Shown piece after piece: positions 9,301-16,423 of a stretch of DNA of 32,000 nt. The stretch spans positions 60,001-92,000 of the forward strand of contig JAPZAR010000010.1 of NCBI GenBank assembly GCA_027460535.1, written 5' to 3'. Position 1 is the stretch's first letter. Every line of letters begins with the position of its first letter. Position numbers and translations under genes: made by a program. The notes below the pieces were generated by a model. That model ran no database searches. It had not been told where the DNA came from and saw only the letters and a list, made by a program, of their open reading frames with translations. The stretch comes from Candidatus Methanoperedens sp. Its GTDB lineage: Archaea > Halobacteriota > Methanosarcinia > Methanosarcinales > Methanoperedenaceae.

Positions 9301-9689
9301 CCACTGTGGCACCAGGAACATACACCATCGGCACAAGAACAGTGGATACTAATGGAAATATTAATGCTACCATGGTGACGCATACTGCAACCACGGTACT
9401 CCCATCGATAAGGTTCATTAACGGCACTGTGATGGACAGTGTCAATAAAACGGGAATCGCTGGTGTGAGTGTATCAACCAATACCAGCCTCTCAACAACG
9501 ACTAATTCGACAGGGTTCTATTCGTTTGCAGTTGCTGAAGGCACATACAGCCTTACGGCAACTTTTGATATATCATATTATACGAATAGCACAATTGTCT
9601 CAACGATTGGAAGCGCTGTTGTGGTGAAGGATATTGAACTGGTAAAGAAGCCCACCGGAACTATCACTGGTAGTGTTACAAGTACTTAG
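6333..9689 (+). CDS. large secreted multidomain protein: N-terminal CBM-like region, 2 FN3-like, clan GH-A-like TIM-barrel glycosidase domain, FN3-like, CarboxypepD_reg-like
   Basis: Sec signal MKSFQLIWKVFLFIGALLVIMLPSGIAGSIAAAQ begins at ATG 6333; the ORF track start at 6258 adds 25 unlikely residues. FN3-like repeats: ISNVSVTNITWKSAEVRWQTDE and ISNVWVSDIKSDRASIYWTTDE. Glycosidase signatures: LRYAGG, KYWELGNELD (acid/base NE) and IAISEFNS (candidate nucleophile). The C-terminal segment GTVMDSVNKTGIAGVSVSTN...GFYSFAVAEGTYSL is CarboxypepD_reg-like. N-x-S/T sequons are very dense. Confidence 0.75.
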   Translation: MKSFQLIWKVFLFIGALLVIMLPSGIAGSIAAAQNQDVVYDDKIAEQWANGTWDCASGGSPEYNLSQSEVVHSGNYAIEVNHSSPYCQGGWGALDLDRRNEQWTALYWMYPNQYKNLSFYFNPGHSLDNLGALSITADNGYTVRLIDYINGTASPDTWYHINIPLEDFNRGNKFFRIVFWFTSSGNLHYYLDDISLEWIDDPNPPLISNVSVTNITWKSAEVRWQTDEYTNSTLYSVAGDNNFSYEETDYTREHKIILTNLTPSTTYRVHIISRDHQANASVSANIAENYSEFTTAPPDVIPPVISNVWVSDIKSDRASIYWTTDEPADSRVYYGENNYSANKTDDSLTTSHRVVITGLKLLNSYQYKVASQDESRNLAAYEETPPMNFTTTAYPAATLQVNAANKTRPFSRNILGAGLGNWAFWWGRPYPNDSLKLRELTKLIKPGVLRYAGGLASNSVTWDRNNTQHYAAGFYDKNGVLTWGQRQYYNPGDPLTVGYDRCNGTTPIRVENAYDKGYQKDEIDALAAFAKYVGADVMIEVDISTCDPELWADMLNYTNVENNYNFKYWELGNELDLEKAAGKPVPFGSEYVSRFKKYSKALKAVDNSILITGPTTASYYNESYFRAYIDFIDPLTLDPEIQQNKSLDVLSYHYYPLWNHDGGVKSYEDMFAFDSRKEMDSDARDKRELLDNRNLTNTRIAISEFNSMAADLATSYTFNHANALYMADTLARQANSGADMIMHWELYDQPYDSTGKLDTSYGLLNYNGSSISIGYPPSREITIEDKFFPMPVYYTYFMYAQFFGDMLVRSSSSMEDNLSIWASTDSAQPNTLKLMVVNLADESVNATLNLSGFHQTGGRYFEMTNDDFVTAPDKAKVFGGTKINGLEINSSSAQSIIDSAQRIIDSGRPVSDMGNSFNHVFPAYSATVIVLNTTASQIQGVTNLSNVSYASNYINWTWTDPADPDFDKVMVYLNGNFQRNVTKGTQYYNATVAPGTYTIGTRTVDTNGNINATMVTHTATTVLPSIRFINGTVMDSVNKTGIAGVSVSTNTSLSTTTNSTGFYSFAVAEGTYSLTATFDISYYTNSTIVSTIGSAVVVKDIELVKKPTGTITGSVTST

Positions 9690-9978
9690 TTAAATATTTT
9701 TTACGTCCCAGATCTATGATGGTGCGCAGTATTGCATTATAAAGGCGCAACTACTCCAAGATTTTGATATTAAACTTTAATATATATTTCTCAAAACTTC
9801 TTGGGAATAGTCACTATAATGCCAGTGCACTTCCAGTGACTCTTCCGCAAAAATCATCGACATACCGGGGCTGAACTCCTACACTCACATGATCTTCTAT
9901 TGCCTTATCGGATAGTGATTTGTGAAGTTTAAGAAAACGTGCGAAATCTGACTTTGAAAAATCCTGGGTATGGTACGG

Positions 9979-9999
9979 AGCGCTTTTTTGAAAAGCGCT
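9979..9999 (-). terminator. perfect 9-bp-stem hairpin directly 3' of tRNA-Ile
   Basis: AGCGCTTTT-TTG-AAAAGCGCT lies one nucleotide beyond the tRNA-Ile 3' end. It may be a processing or termination element, but function is not established. Confidence 0.3.
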
Positions 10000-10000
10000 A

Positions 10001-10075
10001 TGGGCCCGCTGCGATTTGAACGCAGGACCTCTCGGTTATCAGCCGAGCGCTCCAACCTGGCTAAGCTACGGGCCC
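10001..10075 (-). tRNA. tRNA-Ile (anticodon GAU)
   Basis: The reverse complement folds by hand into a 75-nt cloverleaf. Acceptor GGGCCCG/CGGGCCC, anticodon stem CTCGG/CCGAG with loop CTGATAA, T arm CTGCG-TTCAAAT-CGCAG. No CCA is encoded. Confidence 0.85.
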
Positions 10076-10210
10076 GAACCAACGCCAATATAACGGCATC
10101 TAATTTAAATCTTGTCTTTAAGCATATGGAAAATTGAAAAAGTCGTTCTAAAAAGGTTGAAATAATCGATACCTTTATCTAAGTTTATGCACTATGCAAC
10201 TCACCTTACT

Positions 10211-10282
10211 GGGCCGGTAGATCAGGGGTAGATCGCTCCCTTGGCATGGGAGAGGCCTCGGGTTCAATTCCCGACCGGTCCA
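10211..10282 (+). tRNA. tRNA-Ala (anticodon GGC)
   Basis: 72-nt cloverleaf. Acceptor GGGCCGG/CCGGTCC carries the G3:U70 alanine identity pair. D stem GATC/GATC, anticodon stem CTCCC/GGGAG with loop TTGGCAT, T arm TCGGG-TTCAATT-CCCGA. Confidence 0.85.
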
Positions 10283-10284
10283 TG

Positions 10285-10292
10285 TTTTTTTT
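10285..10292 (+). terminator. oligo-T archaeal terminator after tRNA-Ala
   Basis: A run of 8 T begins 3 nt after the tRNA 3' end. Confidence 0.5.
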
Positions 10293-10379
10293 CATCATTG
10301 TTTTTCCCGACCTTTAGCCTTATATTAGTAGACAACAATATCGACAGGAACATAATAAGCGGTACTGAAGTGATTTATT

Positions 10380-11150
10380 TTGTGGCGGAATATTCTCGCG
10401 GACGAAGGAAGGAATATCGCGAAACAGGCAGAAAAAGCCCATGAAGCAGGAGATTACAGTCATGCGAGGGAACTCTATCTAAAAGCAGCCACAAAATTCA
10501 GGAATGCGGTTGAGATTACAGAGGATTTCAATGAAATCGGGATATTAAGAACCCTTGAGAATAGTATGAAAATCTCTGCGCAGAAACTCGATGCGGAAAT
10601 AAGGTTCGCCTCAACCGATAAACTCCAGATTATAGCTGCAAAAGCAGAGGAACCCAAAACAAGTGTGAACGATATTAAAGAGTTCCTAGAAGGCACCGGG
10701 ATAAGCGAGCAGGTCTTTGAAGCAGTATTGAACGTAGCGCGTGAGATCGGAATTGAAGGGAGAGAAGGCCATGCCATAGGCACAGCGTTTATTGTGGGCG
10801 ATTCAGAGAACGTCATGGCTAAATCCCGACAGCTTGTATTGAATCCATTTGAGGGGCACAGAAGGGAAAAAAGATTGATCACCGACCCTGAAAATAGGGG
10901 CAACCTAAAAGAATTCGCACAGCTGGACGGCGTTTTCGTAATTTCAGGGGACGGAGCGGTTGAAGCCGGGGGGCGGTATATTACCATCGATACCGCGATG
11001 GTAAAAATCGCAAGAGGTCTTGGGACCCGGCATTCATCAGTTGCAGCCATTACAGCGGTGACACGGGCTATAGGCGTTGTGGTCTCGCAGAGCGGCGGGG
11101 TTATCAGGGTATTCAAGGATGGAAAGATGGCTGCAACAGTTAAACCTTAG
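10380..11150 (+). CDS. dacZ: diadenylate cyclase, DisA_N/DAC domain protein (archaeal DacZ-like)
   Basis: The C-terminal half carries DAC motifs: GHAIGTAFIVGDSENV, LDGVFVISGDGAVEAGGRYI, LGTRHSSVAAITAVTRAIGVVVSQSGGVIRVFKDGK. The only in-frame start near the 5' end is TTG 10380, so the start is uncertain. Confidence 0.75.
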   Translation: MWRNILADEGRNIAKQAEKAHEAGDYSHARELYLKAATKFRNAVEITEDFNEIGILRTLENSMKISAQKLDAEIRFASTDKLQIIAAKAEEPKTSVNDIKEFLEGTGISEQVFEAVLNVAREIGIEGREGHAIGTAFIVGDSENVMAKSRQLVLNPFEGHRREKRLITDPENRGNLKEFAQLDGVFVISGDGAVEAGGRYITIDTAMVKIARGLGTRHSSVAAITAVTRAIGVVVSQSGGVIRVFKDGKMAATVKP

Positions 11151-11198
11151 AAACATTCATGTTATATATTGACCTTTGAGTGGAAAGGATGCTCAAAG

Positions 11199-12494
11199 AT
11201 GGTAGATATCCGACCTTTTAAAGCAACAATACTTAATCCGGAGTTGGAAATCGATAAGCTTGTCTGCCCGGTCTATGACACAATAGACGCTGCCCAGTAC
11301 CAGAGATTTGCCCGTGAGAAAAATAATATCATCCATGTGACATCGAGAAGAAAGGACATGGAAAGGGATGAATTCATAGAACATGCAAAAAAGAACCTGG
11401 ACCGTTTTGTAGATTCTGGGATTCTCGTAGAAAGAGAAAAACCCGCTTTTTATATATATGGGATCATGTACACACTCCAGCCTGAAAGCCTTGACCAGCT
11501 CCCTGAAAACGAGAGGAGAAGCCAGTATTTTGCTTTTGGATTGGTATGCCTTGCAAGGGTCGAAGAGCTCGGCAAAGGGAACATAGCAGGGCATGAGAAT
11601 ATCTTTGCCGTGAATACAAATGAGAGATACAGGCTAATGAAAGCAGCCATGATGAACTTCTCACCGGTCGCAGCTGAGTACAGCATGCCTGACCACGGGT
11701 TGAACAATCTATTTGAAGAATATTTGGGGTTCAGGCGCCCGAAGTTAATAATGAATCCTTTAAGAATGCCGCTTGTAGACGTTACTCTCAACGGCAGCCG
11801 GCATTTGCTATGGGAGATCACGGATGATGCTTTCATAGAAAAAATAATAAAGATGGTGTCCGGGCTAAAGCTCCTCATACTCGATGGGCATCACAGGTAC
11901 ACCGCTTCCTATACGATGCGGGAAAAGGATGGCATTGATTATACCCTGATGATGCTGATGGAGGGAGGAGACAGGGCTTTACTTTTACTGCCATGGCATA
12001 GAGCTGTCCGGAATTTCAGTGCCCAGAGCCTTGAACGCAAAATAAGGGAGAAATTTGAGATAATGCTGGAGAGCGATAGAAACGATGAAGTGTTCTATTT
12101 AAAACTGAGGGAGCGCAAAAACGAATATGATATCAGGCTTGGCATGTATGACGGAAAAAAGTTCAGCATAATCGGGGCTGATGAAAAAGCGGTGAAGAAA
12201 CTTTCCGATATGCGCGGTGAGGTCATCGGACTTGACCTGATAGTCCTTCATGACTGGTTGATCAACCCTGTAATAAGGGGAAAGCCTGAGGAAGATGTTT
12301 CATTTAATGCAAGTCCGGGTGAAGCCATAGCCAGGGTGGATAAGAAAGAATTTGACGTGGCTTTCCTCTTGAACCCATTCTCAAAAAAGGATGTTGAGAG
12401 AAAAGCATTTGTTGAGCGCAAGAATTTTCCCCAGAAATCCACGCTTTTCCTGCCAAAAGTTGCCGAAGGGATCGTGATGAGGAAGATAAAATAA
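11199..12494 (+). CDS. DUF1015 family protein
   Basis: LILDGHHRY motif, with overall length and layout typical of DUF1015/COG4198. ATG 11199 (MVDIRPFKA) is preferred over TTG 11169 in the ORF track. Confidence 0.7.
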   Translation: MVDIRPFKATILNPELEIDKLVCPVYDTIDAAQYQRFAREKNNIIHVTSRRKDMERDEFIEHAKKNLDRFVDSGILVEREKPAFYIYGIMYTLQPESLDQLPENERRSQYFAFGLVCLARVEELGKGNIAGHENIFAVNTNERYRLMKAAMMNFSPVAAEYSMPDHGLNNLFEEYLGFRRPKLIMNPLRMPLVDVTLNGSRHLLWEITDDAFIEKIIKMVSGLKLLILDGHHRYTASYTMREKDGIDYTLMMLMEGGDRALLLLPWHRAVRNFSAQSLERKIREKFEIMLESDRNDEVFYLKLRERKNEYDIRLGMYDGKKFSIIGADEKAVKKLSDMRGEVIGLDLIVLHDWLINPVIRGKPEEDVSFNASPGEAIARVDKKEFDVAFLLNPFSKKDVERKAFVERKNFPQKSTLFLPKVAEGIVMRKIK

Positions 12495-12505
12495 AAAATA
12501 ACTGA

Positions 12506-12829
12506 TTATTTCTTTTCCTTTATTATCATCTTCACGATCGCGAATATCACAAGAGCGATTATTGTGAAATCGATAAGCGCCCCGACAAAATCGCCAATCA
12601 TGAACTTTATATCGCCGATGTTAAGTGTCGCTGATCTCCAATCACCGCCCGGGATCACAGCCCCGATAATGGGCATGATCAGGTCGGTAACAAGCGCTGT
12701 TACAAGTTTTGTGACGGCTGCGCCCACTACAAACGCAATAGCAAGCCCGATGATTCCGTACTTATTTAAAAAATCCATGAATTCCTGAATAAAAGACTTT
12801 TTTACTTCAGAATTTTTTACTTCAGCCAT
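12506..12829 (-). CDS. mscL: large-conductance mechanosensitive channel
   Basis: 107 aa with FLNKYGIIGLAIAFVVGAAVTKLVTALVTDLIMPIIG and a second TM helix FTIIALVIFAIVK. This is the typical MscL architecture. Confidence 0.9.
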   Translation of the reverse strand: MAEVKNSEVKKSFIQEFMDFLNKYGIIGLAIAFVVGAAVTKLVTALVTDLIMPIIGAVIPGGDWRSATLNIGDIKFMIGDFVGALIDFTIIALVIFAIVKMIIKEKK

Positions 12830-12881
12830 AAGTTTTCACTCCTCCCTATGCAATTTTGATTCTATGTTATATGAATTTATC

Positions 12882-13553
12882 TTACGGTGAACTCAGTAAT
12901 TGTTCTGCCTTCATTATTATGAAATTTTTCTTGTTTGCATAGACAACCTTGAACCCAAATTCTTCTGCGATCCAATCAAATGTACGCATACAAAAGAAGC
13001 ATATATGTGTGGGATCGCTTTTATACCACCATTCCCCAAAATTCCCGGCGTTGTCATGAAATAATGTCATTACCGCAAGAAATCCGCCAGCAGCCAGAAG
13101 TGATTTAATTTTTTTTATCTCCGCTTTTCCGTTCCTGAAATGCTCGAACACTTCTGTCGATATCACGAGGTCGTACTTTTTTTCCGGGTATTCCGGAAAG
13201 AAATACGGGTCGTAGAAATCGCAATCAAAACCATCCCTTTTCATCAATTCTGCCAGGACTGGCTCTGGACCGCAACCGTAATCCAGAACTGATCGGATAC
13301 CTGGACAATACTGTTTTATAAGGTCTATCTTCTGCAAAAACATCCCGACATATCCTTCATTCGAAAGTGTGTTCTCATGAAGCCTGTAACGCGCCCTCTC
13401 ATCCTCGGGGGAAAGATGGAAACAATCCGGTACAAAAATCAGCCCGCATACCGGGCATTGCAGATAATTGCGCTTCTGGTGCTTCTCAGCAGGGTTTGAA
13501 AATTCGAGAGGAAGAACAGAGTTGCCTTCACAGAGAATACATTTTTGAGGCAT
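12882..13553 (-). CDS. class I SAM-dependent methyltransferase with N-terminal Cys4 zinc ribbon
   Basis: Motif I is VLDYGCGPEP. The N-terminal CILC...CPVC pairs form the putative zinc ribbon. The substrate is unknown. Confidence 0.7.
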   Translation of the reverse strand: MPQKCILCEGNSVLPLEFSNPAEKHQKRNYLQCPVCGLIFVPDCFHLSPEDERARYRLHENTLSNEGYVGMFLQKIDLIKQYCPGIRSVLDYGCGPEPVLAELMKRDGFDCDFYDPYFFPEYPEKKYDLVISTEVFEHFRNGKAEIKKIKSLLAAGGFLAVMTLFHDNAGNFGEWWYKSDPTHICFFCMRTFDWIAEEFGFKVVYANKKNFIIMKAEQLLSSP

Positions 13554-13560
13554 ACAGGGA

Positions 13561-14322
13561 TCAGCCTATATACCGGAGATCCTCGTCTGATGAAACCGGA
13601 GTCTTGCCTTCTTCCATCTCCCGCAGTTTAGCCACTATCTTTTCCATCTCTGAAGCACGCGCTTCAAGAGCAGCCATATCCACCTCTATGTCGAGAATTT
13701 TGCAGAGGACTTTCAATACTGCCTGGGCACTTTTCGGGTCGACAAGGTAGCCTGAGGTCACACCCATCAAGCAGGCGGCGTCTATGCCCCGAAGCGCACC
13801 TAAACCCAGAAGCAATCCCGAAGCCCCAACGATACCCCCGCCTGGTTCGTTCGCCCTGAATTCAATGCCGTATTCTTTGAGTTCCTTCACGAGTTCGATG
13901 TTATTAGCGGCCCCGAGGACCGATTCGGTCTCAACAAGCTGACCAACGCCGTAGCCTCCGAGCGCGTATATCCTCTTTACCTTGAATTCTTCCACAATAT
14001 CCAGGAAAGCACCGCATAGCTCATAATGCCCTTCGTTCGATGTGCTCTGATGATCTCCAACCAATATCAATAAATCATTTTTACCTTTTGATTTATAGGC
14101 ATATACCTCATTCCTGACAAGCCTGATAGTCCCATCTTCTTCGACTATTACCTGAGGGGGGAAATGCGGCGAGTATATCTCCATAATCTTTTTTGCTCCG
14201 AGTTCCGCCACCATATGCTCGGCAACCAGTTTTCCGACATGCCCGACCCCGGGCAACCCTTCTACAAGAACTGGATTCTTAAGTCGAGGTTTTTTGAACC
14301 TAAAAATAATTGTTTCTTTCAT
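13561..14322 (-). CDS. PAC2 family (proteasome assembly chaperone-like, COG1938) protein
   Basis: N-terminal LVEGLPGVGHVGKLVAEHM signature. Its start is overlapped by the Nop10 stop (ATGA). Confidence 0.75.
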   Translation of the reverse strand: MKETIIFRFKKPRLKNPVLVEGLPGVGHVGKLVAEHMVAELGAKKIMEIYSPHFPPQVIVEEDGTIRLVRNEVYAYKSKGKNDLLILVGDHQSTSNEGHYELCGAFLDIVEEFKVKRIYALGGYGVGQLVETESVLGAANNIELVKELKEYGIEFRANEPGGGIVGASGLLLGLGALRGIDAACLMGVTSGYLVDPKSAQAVLKVLCKILDIEVDMAALEARASEMEKIVAKLREMEEGKTPVSSDEDLRYIG

Positions 14323-14474
14323 TCTTGCCTCTTGGCTAACCGCCTGTATTTTCCGTATCTGTCTTCAAGAGAAAATCTCGCAGGCTGGGAATATTTTGTC
14401 TGCAGGCCGCATATGGGGCATACTTCTTTGAGTGTATATCTTCCACACGCGCATTTTCTTATTTTCGATACCAT
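14319..14474 (-). CDS. nop10: H/ACA RNP protein Nop10
   Basis: Not in the ORF track (51 aa). Hand translation: MVSKIRKCACGRYTLKEVCPICGLQTKYSQPARFSLEDRYGKYRRLAKRQE. It has the Zn-ribbon CxxG...CPxCG and the PxRFSxEDxYGKYRR motif. Its position between aIF2alpha and PAC2 is conserved. Confidence 0.85.
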   Translation of the reverse strand: MVSKIRKCACGRYTLKEVCPICGLQTKYSQPARFSLEDRYGKYRRLAKRQE

Positions 14475-14492
14475 AAATTTGCGGCATTAGTA

Positions 14493-15284
14493 TCAGGTGT
14501 TTTCCGGAGTATACCTGTGGAACTCTCCCGTCCCATCTGACTTTTCGATAATATCAATAGCGGATTGCGCGGATTTTTTCAGGATGCCTTCAGCCTTTTT
14601 GTAGTCGGGGGCTACCACATGTATCCTGTACCTGGGCGCTCCCGTATAGCTGATCTCGACACTTATGTCTTCCCCATTGACGTTCCCGGCCGCTTTCAGT
14701 GCCTTCTTTATATGTTCTATCCCATCAGGCAGAGAACATGTGAGGTCTATATACCCGGCGATTTCCACCTGCGGCTTTTTCAGGTTCTCCTCGGCAACCT
14801 TTCTGATCATTTCGGCGATTTCTTTACCGATGCCGATTTCTGTCAGGGGCGAGATGCCATTTCTAGATTTTTCAAAAGCTGAAAAAACGTTGCCAAACTT
14901 TTCATAGATCAGTTTTATCAATCCATCCAGGTCTTCCTGGTTTGTCTTTGTGATCTTTGCAACGTATTGTATCCATTTCTCCGCTTTTTGTTCGTTCTTC
15001 CAGAGGCGGATCTTTTCCCGGCGCTGGTGTTCATTTACGTCCTTGAGCGAAAGGTCGATGTGATGTTTGCTCTCATCCACATAAAGGACTTTGCAGACTA
15101 TCTTCTGGCCCTCCCTCACGTGGTCCCTTATGTACTTGACCCAGCCTGAAGCGACTTCCGAGATATGTATCAGGCCTTCCTTATGCCCGTATTCATCAAG
15201 TTCTACGAAAGCTCCAAAATCCGTGACCTTTTTGACAGTACAGACTACAAGGTCACTTTCCTCAGGCCATCCGCTCCTCTCCAT
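14493..15284 (-). CDS. eif2a: translation initiation factor aIF-2 alpha subunit
   Basis: N-terminal S1 domain VVCTVKKVTDFGAFVELDEYGHKEGLIHISEVASGWV. Length and synteny with S27e/L44e agree. Confidence 0.9.
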   Translation of the reverse strand: MERSGWPEESDLVVCTVKKVTDFGAFVELDEYGHKEGLIHISEVASGWVKYIRDHVREGQKIVCKVLYVDESKHHIDLSLKDVNEHQRREKIRLWKNEQKAEKWIQYVAKITKTNQEDLDGLIKLIYEKFGNVFSAFEKSRNGISPLTEIGIGKEIAEMIRKVAEENLKKPQVEIAGYIDLTCSLPDGIEHIKKALKAAGNVNGEDISVEISYTGAPRYRIHVVAPDYKKAEGILKKSAQSAIDIIEKSDGTGEFHRYTPENT

Positions 15285-15285
15285 T

Positions 15286-15459
15286 TTACTCCAGTACTTC
15301 TATTATCTGGGTTTTAACAAAGGCCTTGCCGCCAGTTGGTTCGGCTATGGTCCTTCCGCACACAAGACAGCTTACCGTTGTGCTTGCGCATCCGAAAATG
15401 ACCTGTTCATTCTCGCAATCATTGCATTTGACTTTTAAAAACCTGCTTCTCGGTTCCAT
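15286..15459 (-). CDS. rps27e: 30S ribosomal protein S27e
   Basis: Not in the ORF track (57 aa). Hand translation: [57 protein letters not shown]. It has the C4 zinc ribbon typical of eS27. Confidence 0.9.
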   Translation of the reverse strand: MEPRSRFLKVKCNDCENEQVIFGCASTTVSCLVCGRTIAEPTGGKAFVKTQIIEVLE

Positions 15460-15461
15460 AT

Positions 15462-15755
15462 TCAGCTCTCCACTAATTCAAATTTCCCTGCTCTGAAGCA
15501 TTTGCTTTTGAGATGTGCCTTTTTACATGTAGAACATCTGTATCTCAGGTTCACACGTTTTGTTGGCTTATCCCCTCCGGGCACTTTTGAGAACTTACCC
15601 GAATTGCCAATGCCTGTATGTCTGTATTTTTGCCTCGTTATTCTGGTTAACGTGGAAGCCTGTCCTTTTTTCACCCTTTCCACCACATGCGGCGTATGGG
15701 TCCTGCAAACAGGACAGTATGTATTGAATTTCTTTGGTATTTTCACGATGATCAC
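15462..15755 (-). CDS. rpl44e: 50S ribosomal protein L44e (eL42)
   Basis: [21 protein letters not shown]...[11 protein letters not shown] zinc-ribbon pattern, with characteristic length. Confidence 0.9.
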   Translation of the reverse strand: MIIVKIPKKFNTYCPVCRTHTPHVVERVKKGQASTLTRITRQKYRHTGIGNSGKFSKVPGGDKPTKRVNLRYRCSTCKKAHLKSKCFRAGKFELVES

Positions 15756-16423
15756 CTTTTAACCGGGATTTGGACGGCTGCTTTGCGATTGATCAATGCT
15801 TTAGCGTTCACTGCCGATAGAACAGCAATATCTTCTTTTGCTAAAGTATAATTGCGTCCGTCTACTCCGACAAATGTCGGAATGTCTTTCAGCAACCGCA
15901 CCACAATGTACTCCTTGCTTATATCCTTTTTGCCTTCAGTATCGCCTTTTACTTCAATGACGCTTCTTATTTCATTAGTTGTCTCTGCGTTCTTTTTTTC
16001 CACCGGTGCGTCTTCCTTTGAAGTTATATCCTTTGTTTTTCCCAGGATCTTTTCAGAAAGTTCCCCGCGCCATCCGGTCATCACTTCAAGCAGCCTGTTA
16101 TAGAATATACGCTCCTCCAGCGTCATCGATTCAAGGTCCTGCTTTTCCTTCTGCTTCGAAGATGCGCGAAGCGACGCTTCTGTGATTATTTTTTTTGTTC
16201 TCCTTTCGATAATATGATCTATGACTTTCCGCGCGGTCTTCAGTTCATCCTCGATGATCTCATATTTTGTGCCGTATTTATCCGCAATTTTATGTTTTTC
16301 TTCCTCAAGTTCCTGGATCTGCTTTCCAACTTTAGAATAAAAATCCTTTTCAAGGGGAACGAGTTTTGATTTTCGCTCTTCCCTGAGGATATCGTTGAGG
16401 TTTATTCTTGCTTGGTCAGGCAT
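15752..16423 (-). CDS. hypothetical protein, possibly GINS (Gins51/15-like) subunit
   Basis: It lies immediately downstream of priS, a position typical of archaeal gins51. The N-terminus [26 protein letters not shown] resembles GINS A-domain starts. ATG 16423 (MPDQARI) is preferred over the track start at 16462. The call rests mainly on synteny. Confidence 0.45.
   Translation of the reverse strand: MPDQARINLNDILREERKSKLVPLEKDFYSKVGKQIQELEEEKHKIADKYGTKYEIIEDELKTARKVIDHIIERRTKKIITEASLRASSKQKEKQDLESMTLEERIFYNRLLEVMTGWRGELSEKILGKTKDITSKEDAPVEKKNAETTNEIRSVIEVKGDTEGKKDISKEYIVVRLLKDIPTFVGVDGRNYTLAKEDIAVLSAVNAKALINRKAAVQIPVKR

Noticed and set aside
9897-10088. 63-aa minus-strand ORF.
   Set aside because: It is made up largely of the tRNA-Ile gene and its 3' hairpin, so the tRNA cloverleaf explains the sequence.
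10475-11116. Long antisense ORFs opposite real genes. Examples: 10475-11116 (-), 19073-19732 (-), 19269-19805 (-), 26500-27240 (+), 29914-30483 (+), 11450-11878 (-).
   Set aside because: Each lies fully inside a gene with clear family motifs on the other strand (DacZ, RPA, PAC2, L13/L18e, DUF1015). Their translations are low-complexity Ser/Pro/Arg/Leu-rich shadows.
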